The notes beneath the pieces are model-generated. The model worked only from the letters and a program-made list of their open reading frames with translations, had not been told where the DNA came from and did no database searches. Position numbers and translations under genes: made by a program. This document shows positions 19,892 to 30,087 of a DNA stretch of 64,000 bases, piece after piece. Source of the DNA: an uncultured Solirubrobacterales bacterium (GTDB lineage: Bacteria > Actinomycetota > Thermoleophilia > Solirubrobacterales > Solirubrobacteraceae); NCBI GenBank assembly GCA_963838535.1, contig CAWIRN010000021.1, forward strand, positions 379,901-443,900. The letters are read 5' to 3'. Numbering within the stretch: the first letter of the stretch is position 1; every line of letters starts with the position of its first letter.

Positions 19892-20090
19892 CGATGCGGA
19901 TCGTACGCCGAGGCCGCAGGTGGCAATCGAGCCTCGAGCGGATCCACACGTGGCGGCCACGCAGCGTCGGCCGAGTGTCAACGCCGGGCGGTGGGGAGCG
20001 GGTGCTGGCGTGCCGGCGCGAGGGAGCTGTCGGGCAACGCTCGGGCCCGCCGACGGAGCTCGCCGCGGATGTCGTGTCACACTCGCGGGG

Positions 20091-21020
20091 ATGCCAGGTC
20101 GTCGCCTCCGCTTGGGCGCCGTGCTCGCGCTGGCCGTGGTGGGGTTGCTCGCGAGCGCCGCCGCCATCGTGCTCGCGGCCGCGGGCCACCGGCTGCGCGC
20201 GCGGGCGACGTCGGGCCAGGCCGCGTCGGCCGTCCGCGGACTGTCGATCACCTGCCGGTCGCCCGCCTTGGGCGGGAGCCTACCCGCCCTGGTCTACCTT
20301 CCGCCCGGGTACGACGCCACGGGGCGCCGCTACCCGGTCGTGTATTTCCTCCACGGCCTCCCGGCCGGACGTCAGTCGTATAGGCAGAACGCATTCGTCG
20401 CCGCTGCGCTGGCCGCGGCGCACCGGAGCGCCATCGTGGTCGCACCTCAGGGCGCGCGCGACCTCGACAGCGACCGGGAGTACCTCGACTGGTCCCCCAC
20501 CGAGGACTGGCCGCGCGCCATCAGCCATGACCTGACGGCCTGCGTCGATAAGCGTTTCCCCACGATCGCCAGTCGCCACGGTCGCATGCTCGTCGGGCTG
20601 TCGGCGGGAGGATACGGCGCGTTCAACATCGGGCTGCGCAATCTCTCGACCTTCGGGGCGATCGAGTCGTGGAGCGGCTATTTCGTGGCCACCGATCCCA
20701 GCGGCGACGACGTGCTCCAGCTCGGTTCGACGGCCGCCCAGCAAGCTGCCCGGGTGCCACGGGGACCCGCGCTCGCCGGGGCGCTCGCGCGCTGGCCGTC
20801 GCTGGTCGCCTTCTACGTCGGCCGTGCGGACGATCGCTTTCTGACCATGAACCAGACGTATGCCGACTCGCTGCGCCGGAGCGGAATCGGGCACGTGTTC
20901 CGCACCTACGCGGGAGGACATGCGTTCTCGTTGTGGAGCGCGCAGGCGCCGGGATGGTTGACGATGGGACTCACCTATCTGTCCACCGGCCGGGCGACGC
21001 CCCCCCGCGCAGCCCCCTGA
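20091..21020 (+). CDS. Secreted/anchored esterase (antigen 85/putative esterase alpha/beta hydrolase)
   Basis: VYLPPGY...RRYPVVYFLHG, GLSAGG nucleophile elbow, GGH.F..W. Confidence 0.85.
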   Translation: MPGRRLRLGAVLALAVVGLLASAAAIVLAAAGHRLRARATSGQAASAVRGLSITCRSPALGGSLPALVYLPPGYDATGRRYPVVYFLHGLPAGRQSYRQNAFVAAALAAAHRSAIVVAPQGARDLDSDREYLDWSPTEDWPRAISHDLTACVDKRFPTIASRHGRMLVGLSAGGYGAFNIGLRNLSTFGAIESWSGYFVATDPSGDDVLQLGSTAAQQAARVPRGPALAGALARWPSLVAFYVGRADDRFLTMNQTYADSLRRSGIGHVFRTYAGGHAFSLWSAQAPGWLTMGLTYLSTGRATPPRAAP

Positions 21021-21197
21021 GTCGTCGGCTCCAGCAGTGGCCCAGCCGCCGCGCGACGGTGGGCCGGGCGCGTCGGGCCTGCAACATCGGTCGATCTGCT
21101 TGCCCGACGGGGTGTTCGCCGTCGGCCGATCGACCCAGGCCCGGCGCGAGGATCGACTGATTCCGCGGGGCCCCGGGTCGGCTACACGGTGAGCGGG

Positions 21198-21527
21198 CTA
21201 GGCGACGCCACGGGCCAGGCAGAGGCGCTGCAGGCGCTCCATCGCCTCCTGCGCGCGCTCGGGCAGCGCGTCGAGTGCGTCCGCGGCCAGGCGCAGGTCG
21301 TCGATCGTCACGCCGCGCGCCTCGAGCGCGAAGCGGCCCAGCCAGCGGACGGCGGCCCGCTCGTAGCGACGAGGGTCCCCGGTGCGCAGCACCAGGCAGA
21401 TCCGCAGCGCGTCATCGAGCGCGATCTGTGGGAGCTCGCGTGCCGCAGCGATCACGAGCTGCTCGTTTCCGGTCCCCAACGCCCGGCGGAAGCGGGAGTA
21501 CGGGCTGCCGTCGCTGGTCACGAACAT
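21198..21527 (-). CDS. Small all-helical hypothetical protein, predicted LexA-regulated
   Basis: 109-aa ORF with plausible codon usage (SPYSRFRRAL..ELPQIALDDAL..RYERAAVRWLGRF); SOS box over its start. Confidence 0.75.
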   Translation of the reverse strand: MFVTSDGSPYSRFRRALGTGNEQLVIAAARELPQIALDDALRICLVLRTGDPRRYERAAVRWLGRFALEARGVTIDDLRLAADALDALPERAQEAMERLQRLCLARGVA

Positions 21528-21534
21528 ATGTTCG
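21521..21534. promoter_or_regulatory. LexA (SOS) box, Gram-positive type
   Basis: CGAACATATGTTCG is a perfect CGAAC-N4-GTTCG palindrome. Confidence 0.8.
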
Positions 21535-21608
21535 TACAGCTGTCAAGTGCACTGCCGGCCAGCGCCTCCGGTGCGTCGCCGGAGCAGTGGCCCCGCCCCT
21601 CCCCGAGC

Positions 21609-22430
21609 TCACTGGGCTTGCGCCGCCAGCTCGGCGATGACCCGGGAGAGCTGGCTGCCCTGCCAAGCGATCGGCGAACGCCCGGGCTCGTCGGTGAGCA
21701 GCCGCGCGCCCGGGATCGCCGCCGCGTAGGCCTCCCCCACGGCTTGCGGGTGCTCGGGATCGGCCTCGTCGGCGCTGGCCACCACGGTCGTGGGCACCGA
21801 GATCGCCGACAGCTCGTCCAACGCCGTGAACGGATGCGAGCGGGGAACCGCCCGGAGCGCATCGGCGACCGCCTGCGGATGCTCGTGGAGGGCCAGGCGC
21901 TGGCGGATCACCTTGACCACGGTCTCGCGCCATGCCTCCGAACCGCCGGGCTCGCCGTAGGCGGCGAGGAATCCGTCGATGCCCCCGGTGCGCAGCCCGT
22001 CAGACAGCGCGTCCCAGTGCGCGAGCCGGCTTGGCTGGTCGTTGGTGACCGGGTCGTAGGCAGGCGTGATGACCACGAGCCCCCCCACGCGCTCGGGCCG
22101 CCGCAGCGCCAGCCGCAGCAGCGTATGCGCTCCCATCGACGCGCCCGCCAGGACCGCCCGCTCCACCGCGAACCCGTCCAGCACGGCCTCGAGATCGAGA
22201 CCCAGATCCTCGTAGCCGTAGGCGCGGGGATCCGCGGCCGGCGACGAGCGTCCGTGCCCCCGCGCGTCGTAGCTGATCACCCGGTGCCCCGATCGCGGCA
22301 GCGCCCGTGAACCCATCACCACGTAGCGGCGGGTCGCGGTCAAGCCGTGGAGCAGCACGACGGGGATCCCCTCACCCACCGCTTCCGCCGCCAGCTGCAC
22401 ACCGGCGCGCTCGATGATCCGCTCGGTCAC
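21609..22430 (-). CDS. Alpha/beta fold hydrolase
   Basis: VVLLHG, YDARGHGRS, GASMG nucleophile. Confidence 0.88.
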   Translation of the reverse strand: MTERIIERAGVQLAAEAVGEGIPVVLLHGLTATRRYVVMGSRALPRSGHRVISYDARGHGRSSPAADPRAYGYEDLGLDLEAVLDGFAVERAVLAGASMGAHTLLRLALRRPERVGGLVVITPAYDPVTNDQPSRLAHWDALSDGLRTGGIDGFLAAYGEPGGSEAWRETVVKVIRQRLALHEHPQAVADALRAVPRSHPFTALDELSAISVPTTVVASADEADPEHPQAVGEAYAAAIPGARLLTDEPGRSPIAWQGSQLSRVIAELAAQAQ

Positions 22431-22501
22431 GCCGCGCTGTCTACACGATCTGGCGCCCGCGTGCGCGATTCGCCGCGGCGACCGAGCTACCATCAGTGTC
22501 T

Positions 22502-23242
22502 ATGGACGTCACTGAAAGCACCTTCGCATCCGCCGTCATCGAGCGCTCGCGCACGGTGCCCGTCGTGGTCGACTTCTGGGCCGAGTGGTGCGCGCCCTGC
22601 CGGCAGCTCGGGCCGGTGATCGAGCGGGCCGTGGCGGCGCGCGAGGGCAAGGTCGAGCTGGCCAAGCTCGACGTCGACGCTAACCCGGTGCTCGCCCAGA
22701 CCTACGCCATTCAGAGCATCCCGGCCGTCAAGGCGTTCCGCGACGGAGTCGTCGCCAACGAGTTCGTGGGCGCCCAGCCGCCCGCGGCGGTCGAGCGCTT
22801 CCTGGACTCGCTCCTGCCCTCAGAGGCCGATCAGCTCGTGGCCCTTGGCGATGAGGCGTCGTTGCGGCGAGCGGTCGAGCTCGAGCCGTCCCGCGCCGAT
22901 GCCGCGGTCCCGCTGGCCCGGATCCTGTACGCGCAGGGCGAGGCCGACGCCGCGCTCGAGCTCCTGCGCGGCGTTCCCGCCAGCTTCACCGGCGAGGGGC
23001 TGAGCGCGCGGATCAAACTGGAGCGCGACGCCGCCACGGGGCCCAGCCTGGCCGGCGCGTTCGAGGCCCAGGACGCCGGCGACTACGAGCTCGCCCTCGA
23101 GCTGCTGATCGACGCGTTGCCCTCGGCCGACGGCGCCCGCGATGACATCCGTCGCGTGATCGTGGGCATCCTCGACGAGCTCGGCGTTGACAGTCCGCTC
23201 GCTCGGGATTCGCGGCGGCGGCTCGCCGCGGCGCTGTACTAA
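22502..23242 (+). CDS. Thioredoxin-TPR chaperedoxin (YbbN/CnoX-like)
   Basis: VDFWAEWCAPC, IQSIPAV, helical C-terminus ending RRRLAAALY. Confidence 0.9.
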   Translation: MDVTESTFASAVIERSRTVPVVVDFWAEWCAPCRQLGPVIERAVAAREGKVELAKLDVDANPVLAQTYAIQSIPAVKAFRDGVVANEFVGAQPPAAVERFLDSLLPSEADQLVALGDEASLRRAVELEPSRADAAVPLARILYAQGEADAALELLRGVPASFTGEGLSARIKLERDAATGPSLAGAFEAQDAGDYELALELLIDALPSADGARDDIRRVIVGILDELGVDSPLARDSRRRLAAALY

Positions 23243-23261
23243 CGGTCGACTCCGCAGGCTG

Positions 23262-24321
23262 CTACAGGGAGAGCGAGAGCTGCTGCACCGCGCCCTCGTG
23301 TGTGGGCTGCAGTCCGGCGACCCGGACGCCGAGCAGCCGGACCGGCCGGGGCGGCGCGAACCGGCGCAGGAGCTCCAGCGCGACGGGGCCGACCTGATCG
23401 ATCGTGCTCACGGGCGCCGGCAGCGTGCGCGCGCGCGTATGGGTTGAGAAGTCGCTCAGGCGCACCTTGATCCCGATCGTGCGCCCACAGCGGCGCTGCT
23501 CGGTCAGCGCCGCACACAGCCGGGCGACCAGGTCCTCCAGGATCGGCTCGAGCTGCTCGAGGCCGACGATGTCGTAGTCGAACGTGAGCTCGCGGGATTC
23601 GGAGCTGACCTTGCGCTGCTCGCTCACCGGCGTGTCGTCCTCGAATCGCCCCCGCCGCTGCAGCTCGGCCCCCAGCCGGGCGCCGAATTCGGCGGCGAGC
23701 TGCACCGTGGGAGCAGCGGCGAGCTGGCCCAGCCTGTCGATCCCGCACCGCCGCAGGCGCTCGCACCGTCTTGGGACCGATCCCGGGCACCAGGCCGCAG
23801 GGCGCGCCGGCGAAGCGAGCGCAGGCCTGCTCCCGGGTCAGCACCACGAAGCCGCGCGGCTTCTCGGCATCTGAGGCGACCTTGGCCACCAGCTTGCTCG
23901 GGCCAATGCCGACCGAGCAACGCAGGCCGGTGACCCGCTCGATCTCGATCGCGAGCCGGCGCATCGCCGCGTGGGGCGCCGGGAGACCGGTCAGGTCGAG
24001 ATAGGCCTCGTCGAGCCCGATCACCTCAACCGTCTCCACGGCAGCGCGCACGATCGCCATCACCTCCCGCGAGGCTTCGCGGTAGTAGACAAAATCGGGG
24101 GCCAGATAGACCCCATCGGGGCACAGACGGCGCGCGCGTGCCGCCGGCATCGCCGAGCCGACGCCGAATCGTCTGGCCTCGTAGGACGCGGTCGTGACCA
24201 CGGACCGCGGCCCACCGCCGGCGACGATCACCGGCAGCCCCCGCAGCTCGGGCCGGCGCCGCAGCTCCACCGAGACATAGAACGCGTCCATGTCGAGGTG
24301 AGCGATGCAGCGATCCGGCAC
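23262..24321 (-). CDS. dinB: DNA polymerase IV, frameshift near 23765
   Basis: HLDMDAFY, SYEARRFGV.SAMP, GLDEAYLD, AKVASD..KPRG, GIGPKT, VRLLGV. Confidence 0.93.
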
Positions 24322-24352
24322 GGCTGCGGAGCGTAGGCCAGCCGGCAGACGC

Positions 24353-25375
24353 CTACATCGTCGACCAGACGGTCCCGACGCCGCCGAAGCCCAGGGCGGC
24401 GGCGGTGTTCTGGTTGAAGTCCCAGTCGCGTCCGCCGACGAAGGGCCCGCGATCATCGACTACCGCGGTCACGCTGCGACCGCCGTAGCGGAACGTGACC
24501 TTGGTGCCGAACGGCAGGGTGCGATTGGCGACGCCAAACGTGGCGTGAAAGCCGCTCGCGGTGCCGCCCGCGTCGTTGTACCACGACGCGACGCTCTGCC
24601 GGTAGACGGCCATCTGTCCGATCCGGCGTCGCGAGCGAGTGTTGGCGCGGTCGCCCGAGAACAGCACGCGCAACGGGTGCGCGACGCCTGCGCCCAGCGC
24701 ACCCGCCCGGTCCCCCGCCGCGAAGTGCACGTGGAACCCGCCCCGCGGGCCGGTGCGCGCCGACGCGAGCTCGTGCCACCGATGACCCGAGCGGCCCTGC
24801 AGATGGACCGCGCGCCCGGCGAGGCCCGGCCGCAGCGTGCCCCGGACGTCGATCGCCTGCCCGTCGAGCACGTTGAACGAGCGGCTGGGCGCACGGAGCT
24901 CAGCCGCGACGAGGACCGCCTGCGGGGCGCTGGCCGGAACGGCAGCGCTCCCGGCCGGCGGGGCCGTATCCGCAGCGGGCGTAACCGAGCCGGCGGTCGC
25001 GTCGAGCACCTTGACGAAGCCCGACTTTCGCAGCGCCGCGACCAACCGGAAATGACCGTCGCGGCCGATCTGCGTCGATGCCACCGTGCGCCAACGCGAG
25101 TGTCGCGTCGCGGCGGCGTCGAGTCGCAGCGTCCGGCCCGCGTCGGCCGCCGGCGTCACGCCGGTGACGGTGACGGCGTCGCCGAACCGGATCCGTCGCG
25201 GACTTACGTCCAGCTTCAGAGGCGACTGCGAGCCGGTCGACGTGGGATCCTCGGCCGGGCCGGAGGCGGCGCCACCGGCGGTGAACGCGACGGCCGAGGC
25301 CGGGACCGCGAGCATGGTTGTAGCAATAATCACATGAATTGGGCGCGCGTGGCGCAAGCTGAATGTGGGCCTCAA
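24353..25375 (-). CDS. Secreted RlpA-family (DPBB) lytic transglycosylase with two N-terminal Ig-like domains
   Basis: Signal peptide; ASWY..GVANRTLPFGTKV..VVDDRGPF..RDWD; RBS AGGAGG before TTG. Confidence 0.88.
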   Translation of the reverse strand: MRPTFSLRHARPIHVIIATTMLAVPASAVAFTAGGAASGPAEDPTSTGSQSPLKLDVSPRRIRFGDAVTVTGVTPAADAGRTLRLDAAATRHSRWRTVASTQIGRDGHFRLVAALRKSGFVKVLDATAGSVTPAADTAPPAGSAAVPASAPQAVLVAAELRAPSRSFNVLDGQAIDVRGTLRPGLAGRAVHLQGRSGHRWHELASARTGPRGGFHVHFAAGDRAGALGAGVAHPLRVLFSGDRANTRSRRRIGQMAVYRQSVASWYNDAGGTASGFHATFGVANRTLPFGTKVTFRYGGRSVTAVVDDRGPFVGGRDWDFNQNTAAALGFGGVGTVWSTM

Positions 25376-25401
25376 GCGAGGACCTCCTGTTCATTTACGA
25401 C

Positions 25402-25596
25402 CGGGCGCCTACGGGGTTAGCTGACGGGCTCGCGAGCCGCGATCGGTCGCGCTAGGCGCGCCGGTCACCGTTCGCTACAGCCGCCGCTGGCGTGACGCCA
25501 GGCGGCCGATTCGCCCCGGCCGGGAAGGGCAATCACCACGCCCGGCAATGGGTCCCCCGCTCACCCCTGCACCGGGCAGGGGCAACTCGGCAGGTC
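25402..25596 (-). ncRNA. c-di-AMP (ydaO/yuaA) riboswitch
   Basis: Minus strand reads GCCGAG..GAGCGGGGGACCCA..GGGGCGAATC..GTAGCGA..TCGCGAGCCCGTCAGCTAACCCCGTAGGC, the hallmark blocks in order, 5' of a muralytic enzyme. Confidence 0.92.
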
Positions 25597-25640
25597 GAAA
25601 TTACGACCGACGGAGGTTCGCAGGTCGTCCTCTGCCTATG

Positions 25641-25656
25641 TGTGAGCTTCGTCACA
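25641..25656. promoter_or_regulatory. CRP/GlxR binding site
   Basis: TGTGA-GCTTCG-TCACA is a perfect TGTGA-N6-TCACA, in the divergent rlpA / WS-DGAT promoter region. Confidence 0.78.
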
Positions 25657-25683
25657 CTCGATAACCCTGCGAGAATTCGTGGC

Positions 25684-27127
25684 GTGGCCAACCCCGACCG
25701 CCTGACCGGCCTGGACAGCTCGTTCCTGCACCTGGAGCGAGATTCGGCCCACATGCACGTGGCCGGGTGCATGCTGTTCAAGGGTGCGCCCCCGACGTAC
25801 GACGACTTACTGGAGCAGATCGTCTCCCGGCTGCACCTCGTGCCGCGCTACCGCCAGCGGCTCGCCTTCGTGCCGCTCAATCAAGGGCGTCCGGTGTGGG
25901 TGGATGACCCGCACTTCAACGCCAGCTTTCACGTTCGGCACACCGCGCTGCCGCCCCCCGGCGGCGAGCCGCAGCTCAAACGGCTCGCCGGACGGGTCTT
26001 CTCGCAGACCCTTGACCGCGCGCGACCGCTGTGGGAGTTGTGGCTCGTGGAGGGACTTCAGCAGGACCGCTTCGCGGTGCTGTCCAAGACGCATCACGCG
26101 CTCGTCGATGGCGTCTCCGGCGTCGACATCGCGACGGTGCTGTTCGACTCCTCGCCTGACCCGCTACCGGTCGCGGGGCCCGACCAGGCCTGGGTGCCCC
26201 GCCCCCTGCCCAGCGGCGCGCAACTGCTCGCCGACGCGCTGCGAGAGCGCGTGAGCGCCCCCGCGGAGATCGCGCGGGGTGTCCGGGCCACGGTGCGTCG
26301 GCCGCGCCAGATCGCCTCGCGGACCGGCGAGGCGCTGGCCGGAGTCAGCGCGATGGCCTGGACGGGCCTCCAGGCGGCCCCTCCGAGCCGGTTGAACGTC
26401 CGGATCGGCCCGCACCGCCGGTTCACGTGGGTCCGAGGCGAGCTGGCGCAGTACCAGGCGGTCAAGAACGCCCTCGGCGGCACCGTCAACGACGTCGTGC
26501 TCACCGTCGTCGCGGGCGCGCTGGGGCGGTATCTGCGCCGACACGGCGACCCGACCGACGGACGTCGTGCTCAAGGCCATGGTGCCGGTCTCGGTGCGCG
26601 TGGACGTCGAGCGCGGGGCGCTCGGCAATCGCGTCGCCGCGATGTGGGCGCCGCTGCCGGTCGGGATCACCGATCCGGTGCAACGGCTGCTGGAGATCAG
26701 CCGCGAGATGGAGGGGATCAAGGACTCCGGCCAGGCGGTCGGCGCCCGGGTCCTCACCGAGCTGACGGGGTTCGCCTCCCCCACGATCATGGCGCAGGCG
26801 GCGCGACTGCAGGCCCGCCAGCGTCTGTTCAACCTGGTGGTCACGAACGTGCCCGGGCCCCAGTTCCCGTTATACGTGCTCGGCCGGGAGCTCGACGCCC
26901 TGTTTCCGATGGTGCCGCTGGCGGAGAACACCGCGCTCGGCATCGCGGTCATGAGCTACAACGGCCAGCTCAACTTCGGCCTCAACGCCGACTACGACGC
27001 GTTACCGGATCTCGAGGCGCTGGCGAGCGATGTGCGCGCCGCCACCGAAGAGCTGGTCGCGGCCGGCGAACGGCCGCCCGCCGTCCCGGGCCGCACAACC
27101 CGACGCCCGGTGCGCGCCGCAGAGTGA
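25684..27127 (+). CDS. Wax ester synthase/diacylglycerol acyltransferase, frameshift near 26560
   Basis: DRLTGLDSSFL, KTHHALVDG (HHxxxDG), GTVNDVVL, NLVVTNVPGP. Confidence 0.93.
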
Positions 27128-27158
27128 CGCCCGCCCGCGTTGGCTGGTCGCCGTCGTA

Positions 27159-27722
27159 GTGTCCCGTCATCGGGTGATCCGCCTGCTCGAATGGGCTGGG
27201 ATCGTCGTCCTGTCGCTGGCGATTGCCATCGGCGTGATCGCGATCCTCTCCGGGGGCCTACTCGCCGGACATGACCAGCCCGGCGTGTCCGGCGCTGCCA
27301 ACGTGGTCGGCGAGCAGTTCCGCGATCTGGGCCACGCCCACCTCCTGCCCAGCCAGCCAAAGCCCGCCTACGACTCCGACCCGCCCACCAGCGGTGCCCA
27401 CGTCCCCGCGCCCGTGCCGCGCGACGAGGCTCAGCTCAGCGACGACCAACTGCTGCAGGCGCTGGAGGTGGGCGACGTCGTGATCATGTACGGCGCGCGC
27501 AGGCCGCCGGCCGGGCTGACGGCGCTCGCGCGCAGCGTCGCGGCCCCGTTCAGCCCGGCGCTGGCCGCTGCCGGGCAGGCCGTGATCCTCGCCCGGCGGC
27601 CCGGGACGACCGGCGCGATCGGCTTGGCGTGGACGCACATGCTGCGCGTCGGCGCCACGAACGACCCTCCGCTGCACGCCTTCGCGCAGGGCTGGCTCGG
27701 TCGCGGCGCCCCGGGACGCTGA
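27159..27722 (+). CDS. DUF3105-domain membrane-anchored protein
   Basis: N-terminal TM; GHAH...Y.SDPPTSGAH, LE.G.VVI.Y, AW.H. Confidence 0.72.
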   Translation: MSRHRVIRLLEWAGIVVLSLAIAIGVIAILSGGLLAGHDQPGVSGAANVVGEQFRDLGHAHLLPSQPKPAYDSDPPTSGAHVPAPVPRDEAQLSDDQLLQALEVGDVVIMYGARRPPAGLTALARSVAAPFSPALAAAGQAVILARRPGTTGAIGLAWTHMLRVGATNDPPLHAFAQGWLGRGAPGR

Positions 27723-27744
27723 GCCGCATTCCATAATTGACGCC

Positions 27745-29476
27745 ATGCCCCCGCTCGAGATCGCGCTGTGCCAGATGAACCCGACCGTCGGCGACATCGC
27801 CGGCAACGAGCAGAAGATCGTGGCCGGCGTGGCCGCGGCGCTCCAGGCCGGCGCTCAGCTGGCGATCTTCCCGGAGCTCGCCGTGACCGGATATCCGCCG
27901 GAGGACCTGCTGATCAAGGAGCACTTCCTCGCCGACGCGCGCGCATCGCTGGAGCGGATCGCGGGCCAGGTCCGGGGGATGGTCGCGCTGGTGGGCTTCC
28001 CCGAGCGCGCCGATGACGTCTACAACGCCTGCGCGGTCCTGGCCGACGGGTCCGTCCAGGCGATCTACCGGAAGGTGTTCCTGCCCAACTACGGCGTCTT
28101 CGACGAGCAGCGCTACTTCCAGACGGGCACCGGTGGCGCGATCATCGAGCTGGGAGTCGAGAAGGTCGGCCTGACCGTCTGCGAGGACATCTGGGAGCCG
28201 GGGCCGCCGGCATCGGAGGAGGCGCTCGCCGGCGCGACGCTGCTGGTCAACATCTCGGCGTCTCCCTACCACGCCGGCAAGGGCTACGAGCGAGAGCGCA
28301 TGCTTGTCCAGCGCGCGCGGGACAACGTGGCCGCGGTGGCGTTCTGCAACATGGTCGGCGGCCAGGACGAGCTCGTGTTCGACGGCTACTCGCTGGTGAT
28401 CGACCACGAGGGAACGGTGATCGCCCGGGGCCGGCAGTTCGCCGAGGAGCTGATCATCGCGACGATCGACCCCGATGGGCCGCGCGGCGTCCGCCTCCGA
28501 GACCCCAGGCACCGCCCGGTGAGCCGGCGTGGGCTGTCGGCCGTACCGGTGATCGCCCGGCTGGTGGGCGCGCCGTCCCCCTCCGCCTCACCGGTGCTCG
28601 GCGGCCCGGTGGCCGAGCCGCTCGAACGCTGCGCCGAGGTCTATGCCGCGCTGGTGCTCGGGCTGCGTGACTACGTCGAGAAGAACGGCTTCGCGCATGT
28701 GGTGATGGGTCTCTCCGGCGGGATCGACTCGGCGCTGGTGGCCGTGATCGCCGTCGACACGCTGGGCCCCGAGCGAGTCTCGGTGGTCGTGATGCCCTCG
28801 CCGTACTCATCGCAGCAGACCCAGCAGGACGCCCGCCAGATGGCCGCCAACCTCGGCGTGCAGGTTCTCGAGCTGCCGATCGCCGGGCCGATGGGCGCCT
28901 ACGAGGCGACGCTCGGGCAGGTGTTCGACGGCTACCAGCGCGACCTGACCGAGGAGAACCTGCAGGCGCGGATCCGCGGCAACCTGTTGATGGCGCTGTC
29001 GAACAAGTTCGGCTGGCTGGTGCTGACGACCGGCAACAAGTCCGAGATGGCGGTCGGATACTCGACGCTCTACGGCGACAGCGCGGGCGGCTTCGCGGTC
29101 ATCAAGGACTGCCCGAAGACGCTCGTCTACGCGCTGGCGCGCCACCGCAACGCGATCTCGCCCGATCGCCCGATCGATCCCGCCGTCGATCATCGACCGC
29201 GCGCCGAGCGCCGAGCTGCGCCCCGACCAGCGCGACGCGGACTCGTTGCCCCCGTACGAGCTGCTCGACCCGATCCTCGACGGCTACATCGAGGACGACC
29301 TCGGACGCGAGGCGCTGATCCTGCGCGGATTCTCCGAGCGCGACGTCGATCGCGTGATCGCGCTGGTCGATCGGGCGGAGTACAAGCGCCGCCAGGCACC
29401 CCCCGGGATCAAGATCTCGACGAAGGCGTTCGGGCGCGACCGGCGCGTGCCGATCACCAACCGCTACGGAGGCTGA
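27745..29476 (+). CDS. nadE: Glutamine-dependent NAD+ synthetase, frameshift near 29185
   Basis: Nitrilase domain (FPEL, LPNYGVFDE, CEDIW), SGGIDS, ENLQARIRG, TTGNKSE, EYKRRQAPPG. Confidence 0.95.
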
Positions 29477-29526
29477 CGCGCCGCCGGGGGTGTGAACCCT
29501 GGCGTCTGGGGTCCGAGGGGTGGACC

Positions 29527-29959
29527 TCAAACGCCAAAGTTCGCGTGATGCGCGCCGGGTGGAGTCGGCCTGACGGCCACCGTCATCCGCGTCAGCACGC
29601 ACAGCCGTCCCGCATCGTCGCTGATCTCGACCTCCCACACCCAGGTCGTCCGGCCGCGATGCTTGACCGTCGCCACGGCCGAGATCGTGCCCTGGGTGAT
29701 CGGGACGCAGGAAGCTCGTCTGGTTGGACAGTCCCATCGCTGTGTTGCCGTCGGGTATGACCGCCAGGCCCGTCCCGATGGAGGCGAGACTCTCGGCGAT
29801 CGACGCGTACACGCCGCCGTGGACCAGGCCTGCGGGCTGCTTGAGCTCGTCGCGGACCTCGACGCGACCCCGCACCGAGGTCTCGGACAGTTCGGTGACT
29901 TCGAGTCCGTACAGGTGATCAAAGCCCTGATCGAGCCTGAAGGGGACCGCGATCGGCAT
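29527..29959 (-). CDS. PaaI-family thioesterase, frameshift near 29705
   Basis: KQPAGLVHGGVYASIAE, TSFLRP, HRGRTTWVWEVEI. Confidence 0.88.
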
Positions 29960-30087
29960 CCGGGCACCATAGTGGTTCAACAGTGGGTCGCGCCGGAACG
30001 TCGCGCCGGAACTGGCCGGGGCGAAGTACGGTCGATCGCGTCCCGGGCTGGGCATTCCGCTGCGCGCTCATCTACGCTAGGCAGCCG

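Noticed and set aside
27745-29476. Programmed frameshifting or pseudogenisation in nadE, gnd, dinB and glcEF
   Set aside because: No slippery heptamers seen at the breakpoints; breaks are scattered across unrelated genes, consistent with sequencing indels.
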